The position numbers and the translations under genes are program-made. Positions 37,575 through 48,877 of a DNA stretch of 64,000 nt are shown one piece after another (position 1 is the stretch's first letter; each line of letters begins with the position of its first letter). The notes under the pieces are model-generated. The model searched no databases. It was not told the DNA's origin and saw nothing but the letters and a program-made list of their open reading frames with translations. The stretch is from a virus (lineage: Duplodnaviria; Heunggongvirae; Uroviricota; Caudoviricetes). The DNA is taken from IMG/VR virus record IMGVR_UViG_3300035515_000158. One strand, 5' to 3'.

Positions 37575-40500
37575 AGATTTTTTTCAATGTATATGTAAAT
37601 GCAAAGTCTTCACGATAACCATATTTCAGATAATATGTAATCTTTCTATTGAAATAATCACCATCCAATGTTTCAACTTTATATGTATTTACTTTTTCAA
37701 ATCCTTTTTTAATTAGATTTGCCTCTGTGTACCCAATATATGAAGTATAATTATTATTAATACTTTCATTATTGACATCTACTAATTTTGATCTAACCCA
37801 TAATGTAACAGTATCAACCATATAAAGATTAATAATATTTTTTTCGATATATTGTTTCTTAAAGTCCTCAAATAATTGAATTTTTTTACTTCCACTATAT
37901 TCACTTAGATAAACATCTTTTATATAGTTTAATGATTTATTTAATACTGGGTGTGTATTGAAATAACGGAATGTACGATTCTTCAGATATAAATAGAACT
38001 CTACTACTACATTATTCGTTTCTTTATAAACCATATCAACTGAACTATCTATACTATAATCTGTAGTATAAGACTTCCAAGATATGGCTTTGTTTAGTTT
38101 TTGAATATTAATTGTTAAAGGAGTTCCCATATATTTAGAACCAAACATACTCTTATCATCTTTTATACATTGAAGATTTCCGGATGTATCATAGCCACCA
38201 ATATTAGAGAATATATTATAATCTTCCATTCTAAGTGCAAAGTCACCGGACAATGGATTTCGACTTTTTGAACTTAGTAATTTTGAACTATTATACATAT
38301 GATAATATAGATTTTTAATAACACCAAACTCACCATAATCATCAGAATAATTCATATCAAAAGATGAATTTGTATATCTCATACTGTTATCAGTTGTTTG
38401 TATGTCATTATAAAAAATTATATCTTTCACAATAGGTTCATAATATCCATTATATCTATATACCGTTTGTATATATTGTTGACATTTATTAACAAGACTA
38501 ACTGTTTCATCATTCTCATCAACTTCACTTTCAAACAAATCTAATGTGTTAATTTTAGAAGGTTCTTGGACATAAATGTTAAAATCTATGTTTGTCTTAT
38601 CAGTTATGTTTGAAGATGATAAATATTCAATATTTGTACCTGTGTTTATATATTCTTTCAAATGATGACTTGAATATGTTTTATAGATATTAGATATTTC
38701 TTCATCATCAAAATTGTAATTATTTAAAGTATTACATATTTGTTTATATGATTTACACAATGTTTCAATATTATCATCACCATTAGTCTCATCATATTTA
38801 TACAATGCATCTAAATAATTTGGATCAATATAAACAACAAGTGACATATATATCTTTTGACCATCAACTAATTCAAAACTATCATCATTAACATATAAAC
38901 ACTCATTTGAATATGTCAAATCTTTTCTTGAATATGTCTTATCATTAAGGTGTAGTTCAATATTGTATAAGTTAAATGTATCTGACAATAGTTGTTCAAA
39001 TAAATCTCTCATGGATATTGAATTTATATACAAACCTTCTGTTGTTAGGTTAGTTATATATTTTTCACTATAAGAATCATATTCAGGATTTATAATACTC
39101 ACATATTGATTTAACAACATTGGATTCATGTAAAAATATAGATATCCATACCCATAAGTTTCTCCGATATTTTCATTTTTTTCAACAACATACTCATATC
39201 CCATCTTTTGTTCTGGTGTTATTTTTTCATCATCATCAGAAGTTACAACATTTACAGAACATAACACATTATTCATGATTTCATAAGTATTCACATTCAT
39301 CTTTTTATCTTTAGTGTAATATCCCTTATGATTCCATTTTATTTTCTTAAATGTTGAAATTTGTTTATCGGTTTTTCTAAAGTTACCATTAATCATGTTA
39401 TAGACATATGTCAAATTAAAAAGAATATCAGTTGGATTTATGATATTGGTGTTTCTGAACATCTTAGAATTATAAACATTCACAAATTGTAACCCACAAA
39501 TAAACTTACAGTTATCATTCTTCACAAAATAAACTTTGGTTGGAAATACATCATTTTTTGTATATAAAGGTATGAAAATATAAGAGAATTTATACCCATT
39601 ATATTTACCTGTGTAATTGTTCACATATACAGTCTTACCATTATTGTATTTCTTAACAGTTTCCTTTATGTCAAATCTCACACCTCTAAACATTGTATAT
39701 GCATTTGACATCGAATTACCACCACTAATAATTGAATATTTTTTATTAGTTCGTTTATTATCTTCAGACTCTACAAACATCTCATAAAAATCATCATCTG
39801 TAAAGTTTAGTAATTTATTCTTCCATTGTTCAATGTATTCATAAATGTCATCTGTTATGAAATCATTACCGACATGACCATAATCAATATACTGATAGAA
39901 CTCAGAATCAAAAGGATATACTATTTTTTCATACTTACCTTGTCTGTTTGTCATATATTTAGGAATAACATAATAAGGTAAACAATGTGTATATGAATTA
40001 ATGTCAGTGTCCAATGAGAAAGTATCAGATGAGAAATTTAATCTACCAAATACCTTGCTCATATTTAATCTGTATATATTTTCACAACTATCTCTACCTT
40101 CTCCAATATATCCCCATTTACTTATATATGGAACAGTTTTACTTACTGTACTTATTGTAGGAAGTGCATATTCAGTGAAGTAACTATATTCATTTGTCAA
40201 AGTAAGTCCGGATGAATTGATGAACTTATATAATGTTAAATTGTTCAGTGAAGTAACATTTGTGGTTTTGATGACTTCTGATATTTTTTTCCACGTTTTA
40301 TTAGTTGTGGTTGTATCTTCTGAATAAGTGGTTATATCATCAGATTGTATCTCAACATCAGAATCACCTGTATCCAATACCCAGTTAGTTACAGTATGCG
40401 GTAATTGTAAACGTTTCAAACTCAAATCTATTTCATCATTCAAAGATGTAGATTCACCATAAAAAGAATACAAAACATCAAAATCGAAATCTTTAACTGG

Positions 40501-43500
40501 GAAGAAATTCAACACGCCAATTTTAGGATAGTATCTTTCTCTTAGTTCGATTTTTTTTAAGTCATTAATGTAGATATACTTACCATTTGAATCTGTTGAC
40601 ATCACACTATAATCAGGAGATACAACACCATCTTTGACATAAGGAACAATCGACAAAATACGAGCATATTCATTATCTTTATATGTTCTAATGAAACGTT
40701 CCTCACCATTACCATGTGTTATAATATCAATGTCTGAATTAGGTACTAAGAACATAGTATCCATATTATCATTACCACCAGTAAAGGTATATGTGTAATT
40801 ATCGGCATCAGATTTTGAATATCTGTTACCAATTACAGTGATTATATTTTGGTAGATATAAGTTCCATCAAATATAACTTCAATTTTTTTACCATATCCA
40901 ACATTACCATTATATCTGGAACCATGATACTTATATCTAAATACAACCATTCCCTTAGAATTGTAATATGCATCTATATAGTAATCATCACCAACATAAG
41001 AATTAACAGCTTCACAAATCGCATGGGCTATTTGGGACACATCACCATTACTACTGAAAAAGACATAGTTATCAGTTTCATGTATAGTTCCAGCGGTCAT
41101 AATGGTTTTATCAGGGAAATATTTATCCACACTTCCTTGATAAGTTCCGGTATAATTATTACTGTCTATAATTTCTTCACGAGCAACCAGTTTAAGTTCA
41201 AATTCAGTATTGGGTGTATCTCCTGACATATCACTTATTCTGATACGAATCATTGTTGCATTGTGAGGATTCTTATTTACTATGAAACCAAAAGAAGCAT
41301 ACCCATATTCATTAAGATATTGACAACCTGCGGAAACATATTCAGTCTTATATCCAAACATTTTTTCATTACCCACTGAATTAAATACATCAGTTGGATC
41401 CACATAGTTAAAATATGTTTTCTGAATACTACTATCTGAAATGTGTCTATAACTTACCTTTGGAAAATTATATGTATCATTTAAGTAACTATTAATCAAA
41501 ACTTGTGCCTTATCAAATGTATTCTTATTGAAAGATATCACATTTGAATATAAAGTTTCTCTTGTGTGAGGTAACTTATATAATGTGTTATACTTATCCT
41601 TAGCATAGAACACAGACTGACCATCAGAATAGAAGATATTATTTTTGTTGTTTATATCTTGTATTTTAACAATTTGTGAAGTTTTTTTCTTTCCTTCATC
41701 CACCATATCTTTACTCTCATATAGAAGTCCAAAATTAGATGTAACTTTTGGTTTATATGAAAATGTCTTTATATCTTCTTGTTTATCATATATGTTTTCA
41801 TACAAGTCGACAGTATTACAGAACATTCCATAATATCTACAGAACTTGTAATTATCATCCGCATCATCAAATAAGAACTCAAGATTTAATATGTATGGAT
41901 AAACAAGTCCATTTTTTTCATACCCGGTTGTGATATAGTCATCCATACGGGTAATTGTATTGTCCGCATTTATTAGGTTATCCTCAAAATCAACTACTTT
42001 CTGAGTTAACACACCAGTTGATAAGTCAATTCCATAATAATATATTTGTTTATTATCAAAATTGACATACATTGGTTGGTCAAAATTAAACCCAGATTGA
42101 CTAATATAATTTCTAATATATTGACCTAATACACTATTTTCACTTATATCAAAATTCTTTACAATACTTGACTTCTGTAAAATATCATACTCATAGTCTT
42201 CAAGAAGTGAAATATTATTATCACCATTAATATAAACATAGTAATCATCGGGTTCATATGCATCATTAGAAATTCTTGTATAATATGTAATAAGGTCTTC
42301 AGATTGTTTTATCAACCCCAAAATACCATCTTTTTTACCATACTTATTTATCGTATAATTAGATAACCTCTTTGAAAATAAGTTATAATAATTTACCCTT
42401 TCTTCTATTGAGTATTGATTTTTGAAACAAGTATATGCCCATTGAACAGAAGGATTTTCGAGGTCTAAATCCTTGTTATACATCTTTTGTGATAAAATGT
42501 AAATATCAGTAGCTAAAATAACACTATTTTCGACTAATTTTTCGACTAATTTTTCTAAATTAGCTTTTTTTGAGACCTTCCCTCCATTCTTAATATTACA
42601 ATATCTACTTTTGAGTTTATAAATATGTTTCTTCTTTTGTGATATTCTTTTTTGTAGAGCGATATCATTTTTGAAGGTATTAACAGGACTTACATACTTA
42701 TTTCTCTTATATATTTTTTCATATTCATCAAATTTTATAATGTTTTTATATAAATCTTTTATTTTGGTGTTATCATGACTTGATAAATAATAGTCTATTG
42801 TAATATATGTTGAAATAATAGATTTTAATACATCTTCATATTGTGTCTTTAATGTTTGATATTGGGTTTTTGTTATATACGAGTTTTTATAATTACTTTG
42901 TTCATTTAATCTATATTCATAAAATGATATACCTGTTCTTGTTGGTGTTTCAAAATCATCATACCCACTTGTGTAATTTTTTATTAATTTACTATTATCA
43001 CAAACTTGAAGTGTATACCAGTCATAATCATTATCATATTGAACAAGACTTATTACATCATTGTAATAATAATTATAAACATCATATATTTTAGTATCAA
43101 ATAAACCAACAGTATTATTAACTTTATCAATTTCATAACATTTATTACCATAACTATTATATAATCCATTATCTGTGTCTAATGATGTATCTTTTAAATA
43201 TAATAATTGTTCATTAATATATACACTATCAAACTCATCTTCAATCTTATTTATTTTATCGATGTCTTCGATATCTATATACATATCTATATCTTTAGTA
43301 TTAACTTTGACAAAAGTTGATCTTATAATATAGTATCCTGAAGGTTTCACTGTTTGTCCGTTATTAATACTTTCTAAATCATAATACTTATTATCATAGT
43401 AATAACCAGAAACTTCAAATTTATTTGAAGTTGAATTATATGTTATAACCATTTGTATATCATTAACTACTTTATCAAGTATGATATAAAAATTATTATT

Positions 43501-46500
43501 ATATTCAAATCCGGATCGAGTTTCACACATATATACTTGTTGTGTGGTTGAATATTTATACAAAGCATTATAACTCTTTAATCTTGTTTGATATAATGGA
43601 TTATGAGTATTTGTACTACTATATATACAATATCCTTTTACGAGAGTATTGTATGTTGTATAAAAATAACCTAATATATCTGAATTACCCGTAGATGTAT
43701 TTTTTTTGAATGAATATACAGGTATGTATACATTATTTGTTGAAAGGTTTTCCTTATTAAAATAATAATGATATGTTGATGAATATATATCGTTATATTT
43801 AAAATTTATAAGATATTGATCATCATTTTTAATAACATCTACATAACTTGTTTTATCTTCATCAACTCGTATTTTACTTGGATAAAAAGGTAATAGATAC
43901 CCCTCATCACATACATATGTCCTTTTAACATCTTCTACTTTTGTCACATCTATATAATTATATATACCATCATCAATGACTGTATATATACAATTAGTAT
44001 TAAGTTTATATATTTGAATACCATTATATACAATATATCCATCTTCATCTGATGTATATGTTATTTTATTATCTGTATTAAAATTAATATTAAAAGTAGA
44101 TATTTTATAAGTTGAGTCACGACCGTATACTAAATTGATAATTTCATTGTTATATAAAAACGCACAAGTTAGGTTAGGGAGTACATGACTATTAGATGGT
44201 CGTTTAGGCCTATAAGTATAAGTTTTACCATAAATAACATCACCATTTTGTAAAATCATTATTGCATTTTTATAATAGTTATCATAAAGAGAATCTTCAT
44301 ACTCTACGATATATACATTTCTATCACTATTTGTTAAAATCTTTGAAACATCAGATAAAAATATATAACAGATATTATCATCAATTTTACATATCTTGTG
44401 TTTTGTATAAAAATACGCAATACTTGGTTCCCATTGTGAACCAACAGATTTGTTTGTTTCGTATTCAGATGCCATACAAGGTTCCTCATCTATATAGTAT
44501 ATTTTATTATTATCTATATAAAATTCATCTGGTGTTACTGTGTTAAATTCATCATATACACTTTTACCTGTAGATATGGTGTTTACTGTGTTATCACTAT
44601 TATATGTGATGGTATATTCAATTTCATTATATATGAATTTATCACTATAATTAGATTGTATAATATCAAGACACAAAGTAGTCTTATAAAAATGATAGTA
44701 GCCTTCATCAAAATATGTTCTTAATAGACATAATTCATTTTTAATATTTCTTACTTCACTGTTATTAATATTATACACATATTGTATGTTATATATTGTA
44801 GGTTTTGTCTCACTATCATCTGTATCACCATCAATAAACCACCATACGATATCACTTATTTTTAGATAACTAAAACCACTTTCTTCACCCTTTATTTTTT
44901 TGTATTCAATTCCATCAATCTTTACATTAAATTGTCTAGTTACATCATCAAAATACTCATATGTTTTTTTAATATCACCATTATATATATTTTCAAAAAT
45001 ATATGTATCAGTATCACCTTTTGTACTTTCAATATATTCTGATGAATCTAGTAATACATAAGTATCTTCAGGTGTATTTTTAACATTTGATGTTATTAGT
45101 GATAAATTAGTATCATATAAGTAATTATCCCATACAAAATATTCAGTATCATTTCCATATCCATCATGAAACACATATTTTCCTAATTTAGATATATAAT
45201 CATAATATTTAGAATATAATATCATTTCATTATTATATATCATATAATCACTATTTAAATAATATATATATTGATTATTATAATCATATACACCATATGT
45301 TTTAATTTTTTCTGAATCATCTATGGTAATATAGTTTTCACTTGTATTTCTCTTACCAATTAATTCATAAACAAAATATATTGTACCATTGTTATAGTAA
45401 AATGATGTTTCTTCCAATGTGTTTTTTAATGGATATACATCACCATCATCTACTATCAAGTTATAGTTATCATTATCTAATTTATTTATATAATATGTTT
45501 TATCATTAAACTCAAAAGAATTTGATGATAGTTCACCACATGATGTCACACGATAATAATATTTGGTAGAGTTATCATTAGATGAAGTCATAAGTATATT
45601 AATAACACCATCAACATTTTCACCTTGTCCATCTGTATTAATGATAGAAAAAATATTATAAATATTATCTTTATCATCTATATAATATACAACATTGTCA
45701 TCATTATCTTTAATTATATTTCCTTCAATAGTGTATACAGTTGAACCATCAAAACTTTTTACCAATCGGTTTGAGTTAAAATCATCAATATATTTACTTA
45801 ATCCTGCGGATAAGTGTGTTATTGTCTGAACAGAATCTGTTGTTTCGGTTATTTCCGATATTTTAACCAAATCATAATACACATTAGACTTGATATCACT
45901 GTTATAATATTCTTCATCATCATTTGTATGATATGTATTAATTCTATATCCATCACTGTCAAATATATCACTATTAACTATATAGTCATTACTTTCAGAA
46001 TACTTATAATGTTCATAAGGTCTAATATCCAAATTATAACCATATTGTTTTACTAATGTTGAATTTTTATCAGTAAGGTCATATGATGTATAATCACTCT
46101 GACTTAATTTGGATTCAAGTTCTTTCTGACATTCTTCATAAAAATCTTTTGAATAATCAGTGTTAGCAATACCAAAATATTTTTCTATCTCACTTTCCTC
46201 ATAGACACTATCAGAAAATGTTGTATTATTAGTAGAGTTATCCCCATTATTGGATTGTTCATCATCAACACCAAGAAGCATAATACTATCTTTCTTAAAT
46301 AGTCCGGTTGTTTCATCAATTAATTTATATTTCAAGAATTCTGAATTTAATGTTGATTTCAAATCGGTAAAAGCTGTCAAACTACCTAATTTAATATTAG
46401 TGTCATTCAATAAAGTAAAGTTCTTTTTGAAGAAACTGTTCTCATCATGGATACCGGATAGTAAACTTCCTGCTGTGTTATCACTGTCTACGATTTTAAA

Positions 46501-46926
46501 AATTACGAAATTTGTAGGTAACTTTTCTTTTAGATACAATGGTGCAATACAACCATATTCTTGGTCATATAATTCAGAAATAATGGGTTCTACACCACAC
46601 CAATAAGTATTTTCATATATATTATCTACATTATTACAAGTAGTTGTATCTAATGACTTATGATATGTTTTATATATAGAACTTACCGTACCAGACCAGA
46701 AATCTTTAATGTCTTGGTTAAACAATCCATTACTTGACACTTTCTTGTGTTTATAATCTAATGTACTCAGATTAGTATCAGCATTATAAGATTCTAAATA
46801 AATATTATCACCATCATACATTAGTTTCACATTTGTTGTTAATACAGGATTAGTTCTGATTAATGAGAAACTAACATTATCATCTAATTTGGTATAAGTG
46901 TTGTTACCACCTAAAACTTTTTTCAT
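37573..46926 (-). CDS. giant 3117-aa late protein, probable virion component
   Basis: Uninterrupted ORF, late motif at 46957; Tyr/Asn/Asp-rich; no recognisable enzyme motif. Confidence 0.8.
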   Translation of the reverse strand: MKKVLGGNNTYTKLDDNVSFSLIRTNPVLTTNVKLMYDGDNIYLESYNADTNLSTLDYKHKKVSSNGLFNQDIKDFWSGTVSSIYKTYHKSLDTTTCNNVDNIYENTYWCGVEPIISELYDQEYGCIAPLYLKEKLPTNFVIFKIVDSDNTAGSLLSGIHDENSFFKKNFTLLNDTNIKLGSLTAFTDLKSTLNSEFLKYKLIDETTGLFKKDSIMLLGVDDEQSNNGDNSTNNTTFSDSVYEESEIEKYFGIANTDYSKDFYEECQKELESKLSQSDYTSYDLTDKNSTLVKQYGYNLDIRPYEHYKYSESNDYIVNSDIFDSDGYRINTYHTNDDEEYYNSDIKSNVYYDLVKISEITETTDSVQTITHLSAGLSKYIDDFNSNRLVKSFDGSTVYTIEGNIIKDNDDNVVYYIDDKDNIYNIFSIINTDGQGENVDGVINILMTSSNDNSTKYYYRVTSCGELSSNSFEFNDKTYYINKLDNDNYNLIVDDGDVYPLKNTLEETSFYYNNGTIYFVYELIGKRNTSENYITIDDSEKIKTYGVYDYNNQYIYYLNSDYMIYNNEMILYSKYYDYISKLGKYVFHDGYGNDTEYFVWDNYLYDTNLSLITSNVKNTPEDTYVLLDSSEYIESTKGDTDTYIFENIYNGDIKKTYEYFDDVTRQFNVKIDGIEYKKIKGEESGFSYLKISDIVWWFIDGDTDDSETKPTIYNIQYVYNINNSEVRNIKNELCLLRTYFDEGYYHFYKTTLCLDIIQSNYSDKFIYNEIEYTITYNSDNTVNTISTGKSVYDEFNTVTPDEFYIDNNKIYYIDEEPCMASEYETNKSVGSQWEPSIAYFYTKHKICKIDDNICYIFLSDVSKILTNSDRNVYIVEYEDSLYDNYYKNAIMILQNGDVIYGKTYTYRPKRPSNSHVLPNLTCAFLYNNEIINLVYGRDSTYKISTFNINFNTDNKITYTSDEDGYIVYNGIQIYKLNTNCIYTVIDDGIYNYIDVTKVEDVKRTYVCDEGYLLPFYPSKIRVDEDKTSYVDVIKNDDQYLINFKYNDIYSSTYHYYFNKENLSTNNVYIPVYSFKKNTSTGNSDILGYFYTTYNTLVKGYCIYSSTNTHNPLYQTRLKSYNALYKYSTTQQVYMCETRSGFEYNNNFYIILDKVVNDIQMVITYNSTSNKFEVSGYYYDNKYYDLESINNGQTVKPSGYYIIRSTFVKVNTKDIDMYIDIEDIDKINKIEDEFDSVYINEQLLYLKDTSLDTDNGLYNSYGNKCYEIDKVNNTVGLFDTKIYDVYNYYYNDVISLVQYDNDYDWYTLQVCDNSKLIKNYTSGYDDFETPTRTGISFYEYRLNEQSNYKNSYITKTQYQTLKTQYEDVLKSIISTYITIDYYLSSHDNTKIKDLYKNIIKFDEYEKIYKRNKYVSPVNTFKNDIALQKRISQKKKHIYKLKSRYCNIKNGGKVSKKANLEKLVEKLVENSVILATDIYILSQKMYNKDLDLENPSVQWAYTCFKNQYSIEERVNYYNLFSKRLSNYTINKYGKKDGILGLIKQSEDLITYYTRISNDAYEPDDYYVYINGDNNISLLEDYEYDILQKSSIVKNFDISENSVLGQYIRNYISQSGFNFDQPMYVNFDNKQIYYYGIDLSTGVLTQKVVDFEDNLINADNTITRMDDYITTGYEKNGLVYPYILNLEFLFDDADDNYKFCRYYGMFCNTVDLYENIYDKQEDIKTFSYKPKVTSNFGLLYESKDMVDEGKKKTSQIVKIQDINNKNNIFYSDGQSVFYAKDKYNTLYKLPHTRETLYSNVISFNKNTFDKAQVLINSYLNDTYNFPKVSYRHISDSSIQKTYFNYVDPTDVFNSVGNEKMFGYKTEYVSAGCQYLNEYGYASFGFIVNKNPHNATMIRIRISDMSGDTPNTEFELKLVAREEIIDSNNYTGTYQGSVDKYFPDKTIMTAGTIHETDNYVFFSSNGDVSQIAHAICEAVNSYVGDDYYIDAYYNSKGMVVFRYKYHGSRYNGNVGYGKKIEVIFDGTYIYQNIITVIGNRYSKSDADNYTYTFTGGNDNMDTMFLVPNSDIDIITHGNGEERFIRTYKDNEYARILSIVPYVKDGVVSPDYSVMSTDSNGKYIYINDLKKIELRERYYPKIGVLNFFPVKDFDFDVLYSFYGESTSLNDEIDLSLKRLQLPHTVTNWVLDTGDSDVEIQSDDITTYSEDTTTTNKTWKKISEVIKTTNVTSLNNLTLYKFINSSGLTLTNEYSYFTEYALPTISTVSKTVPYISKWGYIGEGRDSCENIYRLNMSKVFGRLNFSSDTFSLDTDINSYTHCLPYYVIPKYMTNRQGKYEKIVYPFDSEFYQYIDYGHVGNDFITDDIYEYIEQWKNKLLNFTDDDFYEMFVESEDNKRTNKKYSIISGGNSMSNAYTMFRGVRFDIKETVKKYNNGKTVYVNNYTGKYNGYKFSYIFIPLYTKNDVFPTKVYFVKNDNCKFICGLQFVNVYNSKMFRNTNIINPTDILFNLTYVYNMINGNFRKTDKQISTFKKIKWNHKGYYTKDKKMNVNTYEIMNNVLCSVNVVTSDDDEKITPEQKMGYEYVVEKNENIGETYGYGYLYFYMNPMLLNQYVSIINPEYDSYSEKYITNLTTEGLYINSISMRDLFEQLLSDTFNLYNIELHLNDKTYSRKDLTYSNECLYVNDDSFELVDGQKIYMSLVVYIDPNYLDALYKYDETNGDDNIETLCKSYKQICNTLNNYNFDDEEISNIYKTYSSHHLKEYINTGTNIEYLSSSNITDKTNIDFNIYVQEPSKINTLDLFESEVDENDETVSLVNKCQQYIQTVYRYNGYYEPIVKDIIFYNDIQTTDNSMRYTNSSFDMNYSDDYGEFGVIKNLYYHMYNSSKLLSSKSRNPLSGDFALRMEDYNIFSNIGGYDTSGNLQCIKDDKSMFGSKYMGTPLTINIQKLNKAISWKSYTTDYSIDSSVDMVYKETNNVVVEFYLYLKNRTFRYFNTHPVLNKSLNYIKDVYLSEYSGSKKIQLFEDFKKQYIEKNIINLYMVDTVTLWVRSKLVDVNNESINNNYTSYIGYTEANLIKKGFEKVNTYKVETLDGDYFNRKITYYLKYGYREDFAFTYTLKKI

Positions 46927-46986
46927 GTAATTTCTTTCTTTTTACATCGTATATTTTATTTATGGACAAATAAAAAAGGTCGGACC

Positions 46987-47367
46987 TCACGGTTCAACCT
47001 TTCCTTTACTTAAATTGTCTTCTAATTCTTTATATAAATCTTCTTCCATTTTTGTGTACATTTTCGTGCGAGAGTTTAATATACGTCTGTCGACTACATT
47101 GTTTTTATTATTATATGTCTCACGACATTTTTCACAAACAAAGTTCTCAATATCTGAGCGTCTAAGACTGGTGTATATTTTCTCACCACAAATTGCACAG
47201 TGCCAAACTATCAAATCATAGGTTTTTTCATACTCGTGTCTTTCACAGATTCTATCGAGTAGAGGATCGTATATTAAATTAAGATACTGACAATTTTCAA
47301 TATTATTTATTACACTACTTGCAAATTTATTTAGGTCTAACTCATTCACTAAATTAAGGTCTATCAT
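46987..47367 (-). CDS. zinc-ribbon protein
   Basis: Start probably MIDLNL at 47367; CAIC...CEKC. Confidence 0.65.
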   Translation of the reverse strand: MIDLNLVNELDLNKFASSVINNIENCQYLNLIYDPLLDRICERHEYEKTYDLIVWHCAICGEKIYTSLRRSDIENFVCEKCRETYNNKNNVVDRRILNSRTKMYTKMEEDLYKELEDNLSKGKVEP

Positions 47368-47789
47368 AAACAACAAAGTAAACTTATTATTATGAAAACC
47401 AAAAAAATAGTTGTGAGTCCTAAGAAGAAAGAAGACTTCAAGGTTACATATTGTTTGGCTATATCCCACGCAGGGGTTAAAGTAACTAAATATCCATTCT
47501 CAAAACTATTTTCATCACCATCTTCTTGTGGGATAAGTTCATAAGCGAGGATATCCATTACATTCGTTTTTATCAAGACATCTTTGATTTCATCTAATTC
47601 TTTCATTAAAAGTTCTTCATCCTCATCAGAACCAAGTGGAATTGAGGCATCTCTATTGATAACCTTATACAATCTTCCGAACCAGTCACATTTCAAACCA
47701 ACACGTTCAAATTCTGTTCGATTTTCCTTATAGACTTTCTTGACTACTCTCCAAACTTTTAATTCTCTGAAATAATTGACTAACCACAT
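47364..47789 (-). CDS. C-terminally anchored membrane protein
   Basis: Hydrophobic C-terminal segment. Confidence 0.65.
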   Translation of the reverse strand: MWLVNYFRELKVWRVVKKVYKENRTEFERVGLKCDWFGRLYKVINRDASIPLGSDEDEELLMKELDEIKDVLIKTNVMDILAYELIPQEDGDENSFENGYLVTLTPAWDIAKQYVTLKSSFFLGLTTIFLVFIIISLLCCL

Positions 47790-47829
47790 TTGTATTTATT
47801 AATTATCTATGGTAAAGATAACAAAAAAA

Positions 47830-48807
47830 TTAAAATCTCTTTAATATATCATCTTTTAATTCATTAGCTATCTTTTGAATATGGGGGTGTGCATGTTTGT
47901 CAGTTCGTCTAAATAAGAAGAATTTCCAATCTTCCGGATAAGCACACATCATAAATTCAGTTTTGATGTCCAATGGTAATACACCTCTGGCATCCTCTGG
48001 TTTCCATCCTTCAACGCCAGTCAGATACATATAATCATCACTCGCTCCTTGCATAGAATCCTCATAACATACCCAACCTCTATCATGTGTTCTTAAAAAT
48101 ATGAGTTGGTCTTCAAGGGATAGGTCTTTTATATAAGAATAATCCTCATTAGTCAGAGAATCAACACACTTAGACCATTCTTCAATAAGACTATAAAACT
48201 TTTGAGGAAGTGAAACCAAAATATCATGGTCAAACTTATCTCTGTTATAGTTGATATATCTGGTTGATTCCTGAGCATATGAAATACCGTACACACCACG
48301 ATGACGAACTACACTCTGACTACCTACTCTATCCATAATAAAACGATAACAGTATCTCTTATGGTGATATTGTGTAGGTTCAGACCAATACTTCAAATCA
48401 TCTTTCCAGTTCTTGTCAAATCCATTTTTGATAGCTTCCTCTGGGTCGGTATAATCACCCTGCATAATTGTTCGATATGTGGTAGTGACATAAACACCCC
48501 TCAAATCCATATGGTCATCAAAAGAAACTCGACTAAATCTGTCCTTTTGGTATTTTCTCCACCATTCTTTTCCATCAGATATACAACTAACATCCATTAT
48601 TCCATATAGATAAACTGTACCAAATTCAAGGACTGATGTATGTCCATGAGGAATTATGACATTATCTATGATTTTATGTGCAGTTCCCTCTTTGATAAGG
48701 TTTTCAGTCTTATAACAAGTTCGGGCGGCGAGTTCCATTATTCCATACATACCTTCAATTCCGGGTTGTTGTGGAATGAACTCAAAACTATCTGTTACAA
48801 ATTTCAT
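47830..48807 (-). CDS. thyX: FAD-dependent thymidylate synthase
   Basis: GHTSVLE-like HTSVLEF, VVRHR...SYAQESTRY ThyX motif, EDARGVLP. Confidence 0.92.
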   Translation of the reverse strand: MKFVTDSFEFIPQQPGIEGMYGIMELAARTCYKTENLIKEGTAHKIIDNVIIPHGHTSVLEFGTVYLYGIMDVSCISDGKEWWRKYQKDRFSRVSFDDHMDLRGVYVTTTYRTIMQGDYTDPEEAIKNGFDKNWKDDLKYWSEPTQYHHKRYCYRFIMDRVGSQSVVRHRGVYGISYAQESTRYINYNRDKFDHDILVSLPQKFYSLIEEWSKCVDSLTNEDYSYIKDLSLEDQLIFLRTHDRGWVCYEDSMQGASDDYMYLTGVEGWKPEDARGVLPLDIKTEFMMCAYPEDWKFFLFRRTDKHAHPHIQKIANELKDDILKRF

Positions 48808-48877
48808 ATTATTTCACTTTAATTACAACTTAAAGATAACAAAATCTCCATAAATACATATAAAGAAATGTAAAAAA

